Assembly: GCA_028279275.1 (NCBI GenBank)
Contig: JANQOB010000020.1
Location: 1,890-65,889 of the forward strand
Direction of reading: 5' to 3'
Source of the DNA: Gammaproteobacteria bacterium
GTDB lineage: Bacteria > Pseudomonadota > Gammaproteobacteria > UBA4575
DNA: 64,000 nt
The position numbers and the translations under genes are program-made. The number at the start of each line of letters is the position of its first letter. Positions within the stretch are counted from its first letter, which is position 1. A model generated the notes under the pieces. It saw only the letters and a program-made list of their open reading frames with translations, did no database searches and was not told the origin of the DNA. Below are positions 10,472 through 17,973 of this stretch, one piece after another.

Positions 10472-10506
10472 AAGCTGCTATTGGTAACCTGATAGCAGCT
10501 TTTTTT
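10472..10506 (+). terminator. Intrinsic terminator of the Mo-enzyme/reductase operon
   Basis: AAGCTGCTAT...ATAGCAGCTT stem followed by a T-run. Confidence 0.8.
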
Positions 10507-10592
10507 ATGTGCTTAATGAATTGGAATTATATTAACAATACTACGGTCTAATAATTGTAGTCATATGTACTAGATAGATGGAGTTATAAACT

Positions 10593-11654
10593 ATGCATTT
10601 AATCAATACATGGAAAATCATAATTTTATCAGTATTAGCTTTTGTCCTTGCTATTTTAATTGGAGCACAAATGAGTAGTGCGTCATCACAGAAAGTGCAT
10701 AAGCCTGTTGTGGAAGAGATAGGCGAGCTTACGGATGAAGAATTACTCAAGATGCAAAAGGAACTTCAAAAACCGGTTAAAGAATCAGGTCGTTTCACCG
10801 AAGGTGTATTGTGGAAAATCGAAAAAGATAAAGAATTTATCGGATATATCTTTGGCACAATTCATATGAACGATAAGCGGGTTAATGAAGTTCGAAAGAA
10901 CATTATTGATAGATTTGATGAAATGACTAGCTTTGCGATGGAGTCGTTTCCAAGTGACCATTACTGGAACCCATACCACGGCGGGCAAATGATTAAAGGC
11001 GATATGACTTTGCCAAAGGGTCAAACATTAGAAGAGCTTATTGGCAAAGATCTCTATGTTAGAGTAGAAGAAATTCTTTTAGATCTTGGTTTAGATAAGC
11101 AAACTATATTACATCTTAAACCATGGGCCGCGATGCGCAGTTTTGCCGTTAAAGCGGAAAATACAGAGGATTTAATTCTTGATTATGAGTTATTAGACCG
11201 TGCAGCTGCACAAAGAAAAGATCTATATCAAGTAGAAAGCATAGAAGAATTTCTAGTGACTTTTTATGCGATGCCACAAGATGTTCAAATTAAGTTACTT
11301 GAATTCACGTTAAACAGTTATGCACAGATGCGTGAAACCATCAATATGATGCTTGAAGCTTATTTAGAAGAAGATCTTTTAAAGATGTATCAGATTAGCA
11401 CTAGTTTTATTCCAAATAAGCCTGAATTTGAAAAGTATCGTGAGACGTATTTAAAACATGTAGTCAAAGATCGAAATGTAGTCATGGAACATTATATGCG
11501 CAAGCCAATGCGCGAAAAAAATACCTTTATTGCTATCGGTGCGCTACATCTATATGGCGACCAAGGTGTATTGGCGCTAATGGAGAAAGACGGATACCAG
11601 GTTACTCGAGTACCCATATCCAACAAAAATTCAGTTGGAAAGTCTGAAGGGTAG
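10593..11654 (+). CDS. TraB/GumN (Tiki-like) family protein
   Basis: LWKIEK...YIFGTIH, KPW, DRNVVM and FIAIGALHLYG motifs; N-terminal signal or anchor. Confidence 0.88.
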   Translation: MHLINTWKIIILSVLAFVLAILIGAQMSSASSQKVHKPVVEEIGELTDEELLKMQKELQKPVKESGRFTEGVLWKIEKDKEFIGYIFGTIHMNDKRVNEVRKNIIDRFDEMTSFAMESFPSDHYWNPYHGGQMIKGDMTLPKGQTLEELIGKDLYVRVEEILLDLGLDKQTILHLKPWAAMRSFAVKAENTEDLILDYELLDRAAAQRKDLYQVESIEEFLVTFYAMPQDVQIKLLEFTLNSYAQMRETINMMLEAYLEEDLLKMYQISTSFIPNKPEFEKYRETYLKHVVKDRNVVMEHYMRKPMREKNTFIAIGALHLYGDQGVLALMEKDGYQVTRVPISNKNSVGKSEG

Positions 11655-11679
11655 TTAAATCAGGCAAGTATTCTGTGAA

Positions 11680-12306
11680 ATGATTACAAGTAAATTTTCA
11701 GTACTCTTTTTAATAATATTTTTAATTTTGAGTGCAAGTATCTTCGCAGAAGACGATATCCGTTATGTCACCGATGAATTTGAAATCACTGTCCATCGTA
11801 ATATGAGTTTGAATAGTGATGTGGTTGCAGAGTTAAAGAGCGGTACTCCTGTTAAAGTTTTAAAAGCTAACCGTGATGAAGGTTATGTAATGATAGCCAC
11901 TAGGAATGAGAAGATTGGTTGGATGTTGGAAAGCTATCTGCTTGATGAGCCAGCGGGTCGTCAGAAATATGAATCTTTGAAAAAAGAGTATGACCAGCTA
12001 AGAGCGGAATTTGATACTCAATTGCAAGAACGCACTTTAAAACTTTCAACAGAGCTGAAACAGGTTAAAAATATTTCTAAGCGACCACTAGAGATAGAAA
12101 AAGAAAATCAGCAATTGAAAGACTTGCTTCAAAAAGAACGCGACAGGACTGAGATAATTAAACAAGAAAATCGAGCATTTAAGTCTATTCACAAAGACAG
12201 GCAATGGCTTGTAACAGGCGCTCTGATTGCGATTGGGAGTTTAGTGTTGGGTTTGGTTATCACCAAAATTCCCTGGCGAAGACGCAAAAGCTGGGGAGAA
12301 CTATAG
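11680..12306 (+). CDS. SH3-domain protein (YgiM/TIGR04211-like)
   Basis: Signal peptide, RYVTD...LKSGTPV...GW SH3 domain, coiled coil, and C-terminal TM followed by RRRKSW. Confidence 0.85.
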   Translation: MITSKFSVLFLIIFLILSASIFAEDDIRYVTDEFEITVHRNMSLNSDVVAELKSGTPVKVLKANRDEGYVMIATRNEKIGWMLESYLLDEPAGRQKYESLKKEYDQLRAEFDTQLQERTLKLSTELKQVKNISKRPLEIEKENQQLKDLLQKERDRTEIIKQENRAFKSIHKDRQWLVTGALIAIGSLVLGLVITKIPWRRRKSWGEL

Positions 12307-12322
12307 GGTTAAGATGCTTGCT

Positions 12323-12961
12323 CTAAGAATCTAACATTTTAACAGGCAATGATTTAGCATCATTAATCATTGATTCAAGTGAATTTGTATCGGGTATTTC
12401 TTCTACCCGATTTTGCTCAGCATTTGAGTTGGCTAATTTATTATGTAATGCGTTTGCCTCTTGTTGAGCTAAATCTTGTGTTGAATAAATTCCTGCATAT
12501 TCCATCAATGCGGCAAATTGACCATCAATGCCTTTTACACGCATCAAATCCGACATACTGGCCCATTTAAGTATAACGAAATCCTCTATACCAATATGAT
12601 TTGCAACCTCTATACGGCCATCCATATTGCTACATTTTTCAAGTAAATCTTGTGTAGTCGAAATACCTTTATCACGTAGTTTTGAACCAAAATTCTCACC
12701 GATTCCTTCTACCTCCTCCACATCATAACTGCTTAGATCTGCTTTCGATGAAGTATCAACAGTGGTAAGCGTAGTAAGTGGCTCGGTTGTATCTACAATT
12801 TGTTGTGAGTGATCATCTTCATCAAGCTTCTCTCGTCTGTCTGCCTTCAACTCAACGGGTTTTGTTTGGCTAGAGAATTTTGCAAGCCAATAACCGATAA
12901 CAGCTCCTATTAACGCCGCACCTAGCAAACATAGCCACATTTGTAAAATTAAATAGCTCAT
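12323..12961 (-). CDS. Membrane-anchored DUF4332 (helix-hairpin-helix) protein
   Basis: N-terminal TM, VEEVEGIG...KGISTTQDLL, and WASMSDLMRVKGI...YAGI...LA. Confidence 0.82.
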   Translation of the reverse strand: MSYLILQMWLCLLGAALIGAVIGYWLAKFSSQTKPVELKADRREKLDEDDHSQQIVDTTEPLTTLTTVDTSSKADLSSYDVEEVEGIGENFGSKLRDKGISTTQDLLEKCSNMDGRIEVANHIGIEDFVILKWASMSDLMRVKGIDGQFAALMEYAGIYSTQDLAQQEANALHNKLANSNAEQNRVEEIPDTNSLESMINDAKSLPVKMLDS

Positions 12962-12994
12962 TGAAAAAATCTCTCTGTTTTAATTTCTATTTCT

Positions 12995-13345
12995 TTACTT
13001 CTTCTTATCCTCAACAGTAGATGACTCTGTTTGAGGAGTTGGGTTTTCATTTTTGACTTCCGGTACAGCAATAATTAATTCGTTATTAACAATGCGTACT
13101 CCATCAACTTGTTGTGCAATTTCATTTGCACGTGTTTTTATCTCTATGCTGTCAACTTCACCTTGTAAGAAAATATCACGACCATCTGTTGTAATATTTA
13201 TATCATTCAGATTTTGTTCAACAAATGCTGTATGAGTACGTGTATCAATATCGTTTTGAATGACAAATACTTGCGTATAGATACAAAAATATCCGAGCAG
13301 GGCGAATAAAGATAAACCAAATAAAAAAATCAAAGGTCTATTCAT
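12995..13345 (-). CDS. Single BON-domain membrane protein
   Basis: N-terminal TM, then DGRDIFLQGEV...AQQVDGVRIVNNEL. Confidence 0.85.
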   Translation of the reverse strand: MNRPLIFLFGLSLFALLGYFCIYTQVFVIQNDIDTRTHTAFVEQNLNDINITTDGRDIFLQGEVDSIEIKTRANEIAQQVDGVRIVNNELIIAVPEVKNENPTPQTESSTVEDKKK

Positions 13346-13522
13346 CCAAATTCTCCATTACATTTTTACAAGTATTGTATAGCAATGAGGCTTAGAAATT
13401 TTCATTGAAAATATCTTTGTAGTTGATCAATTTAGGAAAAAACAGGCTAGCGTATCTGTTATTTGTTTTCAATAATTAAATAATGAAGGTATTAAATACC
13501 TTATTTCATCTCTGGAGAAGAT

Positions 13523-13747
13523 TTACGAAATATATTTATATTGATAAGAACAAAGAGTGACCTCCCCAAAATATACTATTGAAAATATAGTTTGGGGAAG
13601 CCACTCTTTTTTCATTTTTACTTTTTCTAAACGACGTTTAGACTTGTTACTTTTACGATGTACACCACCTTTGCTAAGCAGTGGATGATTATGCAAAAGA
13701 TTTCTATGCCGAGTAAATTTAACCGGCAGTTTAGTCTTGTCAGGCAT
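13523..13747 (-). CDS. Small basic protein; candidate ArfA-like alternative ribosome-rescue factor
   Basis: AGGAG SD. Residues 1-50 are strongly basic (RNLLHNHPLLSKGGVHRKSNKSKRR...KKEW), and the hydrophobic tail is encoded by a long hairpin. The CDS is well supported; the function is inferred. Confidence 0.65.
   Translation of the reverse strand: MPDKTKLPVKFTRHRNLLHNHPLLSKGGVHRKSNKSKRRLEKVKMKKEWLPQTIFSIVYFGEVTLCSYQYKYIS
13552..13609 (-). promoter_or_regulatory. Long intragenic mRNA hairpin (candidate RNase III or premature-termination site)
   Basis: mRNA AAAGAGUGGCUUCCCCAAA-C-UAUA / UAUA-U-UUUGGGGAGGUCACUCUUU forms 19 contiguous bp plus 4 bp. Two of the pairs are G:U and work only on the coding strand. 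Confidence 0.75.
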
Positions 13748-13782
13748 TGCAATTCTCCTAATTAGTATCTAATAATTAAAGT

Positions 13783-14013
13783 TCAAGCAGCTTCTTTCAG
13801 GAGCGTACCGTCCTGTATTGCCTGGCGAATATAATCCATAAAATACAGAGAATTTTTTTCCGCTACTAGCACCTCGTCACGCATAGTGTTAAGAGGAACT
13901 GGAAAGCTATACATCATTTCACTATAAGGAACAGTCACAGCATAGTACGCTATTCCATTTTGATAACGTAAAAATTTAGCCTTGTTGCTAATGCTTATGT
14001 CATTTGTGTTCAT
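13783..14013 (-). CDS. Small uncharacterised 'FPVP' protein, paralog 2, C-terminal -EAA
   Basis: GGAAGGTGG SD; AKFLRYQNGIAYY...YSFPVPL...YFMDYIRQAI; aligns with 14038-14265. Confidence 0.8.
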   Translation of the reverse strand: MNTNDISISNKAKFLRYQNGIAYYAVTVPYSEMMYSFPVPLNTMRDEVLVAEKNSLYFMDYIRQAIQDGTLLKEAA

Positions 14014-14037
14014 ATTCCACCTTCCTATAAATGAAAG

Positions 14038-14265
14038 TTAAGCAGCTTCACTTTTTTCCAATTTCTCATCCAGTTTTTGGGCATGAGCCTTAATATAAGG
14101 ATAAAAGCGGTTAACCCGGTCTTCATTCAGAAAAACCGACTGACCTGAACCTTTAATAGGTACAGGAAACTTAAAGCCACTTTCTGTGCGGTACCATAGT
14201 TTTCCTGATAGGAAAAACATGAAGCGCACGCTCTCGTTGTTTTCAAGAATTTGATCAAGCTTCAT
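14038..14265 (-). CDS. Small uncharacterised 'FPVP' protein, paralog 1, C-terminal -EAA
   Basis: AAGGAG SD; VRFMFFLSGKLWYRTESGFKFPVPI...FLNED...FYPYIKAH. Confidence 0.85.
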   Translation of the reverse strand: MKLDQILENNESVRFMFFLSGKLWYRTESGFKFPVPIKGSGQSVFLNEDRVNRFYPYIKAHAQKLDEKLEKSEAA

Positions 14266-14334
14266 TTTGTATCTCCTTTTAAAACGTTAAATAAATCCTC
14301 TAGTTGGGTCAGTTAAAATCACAAAAAACAAGTC

Positions 14335-14419
14335 AAAAAAAACCCCGGTGCTCACGCTACCGGGGTTTCTTGGTATTTCCGGAAGGTGAGCTGCACCTTC
14401 CTATAAATTTGGAAGGTAC
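14335..14419 (-). promoter_or_regulatory. Transcription attenuator with mutually exclusive hairpins and an intrinsic terminator
   Basis: Segment 1 (14411-14419) pairs with segment 2 (14393-14401). Segment 2 alternatively pairs with segment 3 (14381-14388). Extended segment 3 (14379-14391) can pair with the terminator 5' arm and loop (14350-14363). The terminator is CCCCGGU-A-GC-GUGA-GC-ACCGGGG-U8. Confidence 0.8.
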
Positions 14420-14575
14420 TTAAGCCATGAAAATATTTTGTATTTTCATTTGTTTAGTGCCCATTTGTTGTGTGTCTATTGCAAGGCGATGCAGTGACGT
14501 ACACTTAAACGGCACAACAGAACGACATGTATACATGGCGTTATTTGAGACTAGTTGTTGCATAAATTTTTTCAT
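14420..14575 (-). CDS. Leader peptide, 51 aa (MKKFMQQLVSNNAMYTCRSVVPFKCTSLHRLAIDTQQMGTKQMKIQNIFMA)
   Basis: Translated by hand. It starts 9 nt after a -10 box, and its TAA abuts attenuator segment 1. It is absent from the ORF track because it is under 60 aa. Confidence 0.7.
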   Translation of the reverse strand: MKKFMQQLVSNNAMYTCRSVVPFKCTSLHRLAIDTQQMGTKQMKIQNIFMA

Positions 14576-14612
14576 CGGCGGCGAACTATACTCTTTTAAA
14601 TCTGTATTGCAA
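14576..14612 (-). promoter_or_regulatory. Sigma70-type promoter with GC-rich discriminator, giving a near-leaderless transcript
   Basis: Minus strand reads TTGCAA-16 nt-TATAGT-TCGCCGCCG-ATG. Confidence 0.7.
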
Positions 14613-14667
14613 TATAAAATGTTTTAAATTTATGTTTTAAATTCTACCGTCTATCTATTAATTTGTA

Positions 14668-14974
14668 TTAGCGATACTTCTTTTCGCAGGCTCTACGTAT
14701 TCGAATTACCGCATCTACACTTTCAACTCCGACCATATGCTCAAGTAAACATTCGTTATATCTACGCTCATCACTCATAATAACTTTTGAGGGACCGCTG
14801 CCGTAATTCTCTTCACAGGCCTCTGCTATAAAGCGACTGGCAGCATCAAGCTTGGCATTGTCGAGATGCTCCAATATACAATCCTCATATGCATAGCGAT
14901 TTTTCGATGACTGCATTTAGGCTAAATACCGCTATGAAAAACATGGTTATTAGCATGTAGAAGCGAGCAGACAT
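14668..14974 (-). pseudogene. Secreted four-cysteine two-repeat protein (VF_A0006-like), apparently frameshifted
   Basis: A signal-peptide ORF (ATG 14974, MSARFYMLITMFFIAVFSLNAV) is out of frame with the YEDCILEH...ACEENY / YNECLLEH...ACEKKY body. Could be a sequencing error. Confidence 0.55.
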
Positions 14975-15041
14975 TTATATTTGAACCGCATTTAGTGAAT
15001 GAGTTCCATAGAATACATCCAGCTAGCGTACAAACACTAGT

Positions 15042-15515
15042 CTAGAGATCTCGAATTTTAAGACGTATATATTCTTGCAGGATATGGTAGCTGTCGCGCG
15101 CCTCATCCTGCGTGATGTGATTGGTAACGAGCTGCCATTGGACATTATTCGCATCGGGAAGATTTTTTTCGAGAGTACTTAGAATTTTTTTACTATCATC
15201 AATACGAACTGCATCCCGGCGCAACTCACTTTGATAGCGGTGTTTAATCATGCTTTGAGAAAAGCGGGTATTGCTAAAAAAGAAAATTAATGCGTATGAA
15301 GTATTTGGATGGTTATTAAATTCAAACTCGTAAGTTTTATGATATGGGGCTTGACTGGCGTATGCATTGACTTTGTTTAGCTTAGATAAAGAAATATTAT
15401 TTTGTATTTGAGTATATTGTGTTTGCTTTTGGTAATGCTGAAAATAGCTACAGCCAGCACACATGACGGCAAAAACAATCATGCAAACATATTTGTAAAC
15501 ATATAATTTATTCAT
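15042..15515 (-). CDS. Hypothetical lipoprotein
   Basis: Lipobox-like CAGC after a hydrophobic stretch; 157 aa. Confidence 0.65.
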   Translation of the reverse strand: MNKLYVYKYVCMIVFAVMCAGCSYFQHYQKQTQYTQIQNNISLSKLNKVNAYASQAPYHKTYEFEFNNHPNTSYALIFFFSNTRFSQSMIKHRYQSELRRDAVRIDDSKKILSTLEKNLPDANNVQWQLVTNHITQDEARDSYHILQEYIRLKIRDL

Positions 15516-15700
15516 TTAAGCCAACCAATGTGTAGAAGGTAACAAAACCCTTCCTGGATAGGGTTAAATGTAAACTACACTTGCTCTAAAAATCATATTT
15601 TAGTGTAGGATAAAGTATCTACACTTCTGTTTATCGCTGATTAAGAGGATTGTATTTCCCGATATATGGTGACTTGTTACTGAGTTATATTTTAAGCAAT

Positions 15701-16567
15701 TTATTTATCGGCACTCTTCGTATGGGCATATTCACGTAGAAATACTGGTAGAGGTTTTTTTTCACCTGGGTTTTGTTGTTCGTGTTTTAGTAAAAAATTT
15801 ATGCGTCCTTCCGTTGAAGGATGTGTGCTCAAGAAATTCGGAATTTCTGTCAATTCTGTTTCGGTATTTTTTATGTACTGGAAAAATTCGGTTGCTCCTG
15901 ATGCGTGCCCATAAAACTTTACTAAAAGTTCACTTGCAAATTTATCTGCGTCAGATTCTTGTTGGCGACTAAAAGATAGATTAGTTATGGCCGCTGTATT
16001 ACCTAAGAAGCTTTGTAAAATATTGGATCCATCAGCGCCAAAGATCGCTAATAAAAAAATCGATACTACTATACTTCTTCCCATGCTCCGTAAAGGGTCG
16101 CGTTTATAATGATGTGCCATTTCATGAGCAAGTATCATGCTCAGTCCATTTTCAGATTCTACAGACGCAAGCAAGCCTTTTGTAATAACGATGTGACCGC
16201 CAGGCATTGCGAATGCATTAGCTTGTGCTTCGTTAGCTATCGCGAGCTGAAACTTATGTTCAACAAAATCTTTACCTGCACTGGTATGTAAATCATCTAC
16301 CAAAGTTTGTAGATACTGCAGGCTTTTTATGCCTTGGTCACTTTCGTCCACAGTGAAAGGCATGATATAGAGTCCATCTTTACTAAATAATTCTTGTTCA
16401 TAATCAATGGGTATATATTTGACTAAGTGATCAGCTGCTAAACCTAAGATGATGACAACTACGATAATTACACCGATTGTGCCAGCGGTAAGTATGAAAA
16501 ATGATTTTAACGGATGCTCATCTGTGACATTGATGCCTTCAGGTGGTTGTGTTGGTGTATATCTCAC
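15701..16567 (-). CDS. M48 family zinc metallopeptidase
   Basis: NAFAMPGG, HEMAH, FSRQQESDAD and FLSTHP motifs. Confidence 0.93.
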   Translation of the reverse strand: MRYTPTQPPEGINVTDEHPLKSFFILTAGTIGVIIVVVIILGLAADHLVKYIPIDYEQELFSKDGLYIMPFTVDESDQGIKSLQYLQTLVDDLHTSAGKDFVEHKFQLAIANEAQANAFAMPGGHIVITKGLLASVESENGLSMILAHEMAHHYKRDPLRSMGRSIVVSIFLLAIFGADGSNILQSFLGNTAAITNLSFSRQQESDADKFASELLVKFYGHASGATEFFQYIKNTETELTEIPNFLSTHPSTEGRINFLLKHEQQNPGEKKPLPVFLREYAHTKSADK

Positions 16568-17037
16568 TTAGTATTTTCAAGTTTATTGCCAATCGAAATG
16601 GCAGTTCCATAGGCGAGCACTTCAACGGCACCCACACTATTGCGCTGGTTACTATTTTTGCTGATTGAAGCAGTTTCAACTCGTGTATTCATCACAACAA
16701 ATGCATTATTCAATTTTGCTTGCTCCTTCATGCGCAACAAAGCTTCTCTTCGTGCACGATCAAGTAAAGATTCATATTGTGTAACTTTTCCGCCAAATAA
16801 CATTTTTAATGAGGCAACAAATTTCTTGAAAAAATCGATAGAAATAACTGTATTCCCCGTTACTAACTCTGCTTTCAATTCATGTTGGTGAATAGCAGGT
16901 GGAGTTCTCATGGTAACTACCGGTAGTTTTAGTAGTAATTTTTCTCTTTCGATTATTGACTTAAAGTGTTTTTTTTCTGCATATTGTCCAAAAAAGTAAC
17001 CCAGCATTAATAGAACAACAAGAACAATAATTTCCAT
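16564..17037 (-). CDS. YbjQ/UPF0145 family protein with N-terminal TM
   Basis: FGGKVTQYESLLDRARREALLRM...VLAYGTA. Confidence 0.9.
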   Translation of the reverse strand: MEIIVLVVLLMLGYFFGQYAEKKHFKSIIEREKLLLKLPVVTMRTPPAIHQHELKAELVTGNTVISIDFFKKFVASLKMLFGGKVTQYESLLDRARREALLRMKEQAKLNNAFVVMNTRVETASISKNSNQRNSVGAVEVLAYGTAISIGNKLENTK

Positions 17038-17062
17038 TCTAAAATTTCCTTTACTATTCTAT

Positions 17063-17380
17063 TTATAAATCTATTTTTACAGCAGTACCGTACGCATATA
17101 GCTCTGCTGCACCTTGAGCGACAGAAGAGGTACTGTAACGTACATTAACAATAGCGTTCGCACCCATGGATTGGGCTTGCTGCACCATCCTATCTGTGGC
17201 TTCTTTTCTGGATTCCGCAAGTAGCTCAGTATAGGCACTAAGCTCCCCACCAAAAATGTTTTTCAAACCTGCAAGAAAGTCTTTTCCAACATGTTTTGCT
17301 CGGATAGTATTGCCTTGAACGAGGCCAAAATGTTGAATAATTTTCCTGCCAGGAACTTGCTCTAAATTAGTAAGTAACAT
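17063..17380 (-). CDS. ybjQ: YbjQ/UPF0145 family protein
   Basis: AGLKNIFGGELSAYTELLAESR...GANAIVNVRY...YGTAV. Confidence 0.93.
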   Translation of the reverse strand: MLLTNLEQVPGRKIIQHFGLVQGNTIRAKHVGKDFLAGLKNIFGGELSAYTELLAESRKEATDRMVQQAQSMGANAIVNVRYSTSSVAQGAAELYAYGTAVKIDL

Positions 17381-17973
17381 GAATTTCTCCTATGCTCTAT
17401 ATGAAACTTCTAAGATCATTACAACGACTGGTACTGATCAATTAAGCGTTAGCAGTATGTGTGCACCAAAATTTGAGGATAAGTTTAGTATGCCATTAAG
17501 ATCACAAAGTATTACATCACTTTGTAATCAAAGTAATAATTATTTCAATAATAACAGGTACTATTGCAAATTTTTTCTATCTTCAATCTAGCATTTAAAA
17601 CCGGCTATTCTGGCTTTTAGATGGAGTGAAGTTAAAACTATTAGCCTGTATATGAAACAATAAAATTAGCCAAGCCTATGATTGACTAAACGCCACAAGC
17701 TACTTAATTCGACGATTTAAAGAAAGTGTATTAGTTGACTATAACCAAATCACGATAGAGCCTACTAATAAGCAAGCAATGATACATATGCCTTGAATAA
17801 TATATGGCGTGATATGATAGATTCGATCTGCATTCGAATTTAAGCTGATCATGATGATGATTCCAGTTGTTAGTGAAGCAATACTATATGAATAGTATTG
17901 CACTAATATGAATAATAATCGAATCACATAAATTAACGGTGTAAGATTCGAGACCAATGATTATTTTCATTAC

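Noticed and set aside
14427-14627. 66-aa plus-strand ORF
   Set aside because: Antisense to the leader peptide and promoter; all regulatory signals point to the minus strand.
17379-17957. ORFs 17379-17591 (+) and 17739-17957 (-)
   Set aside because: No SD or recognisable motif, and the second has a TTG start in AT-rich DNA. The second could be a small membrane protein, but I cannot support it.
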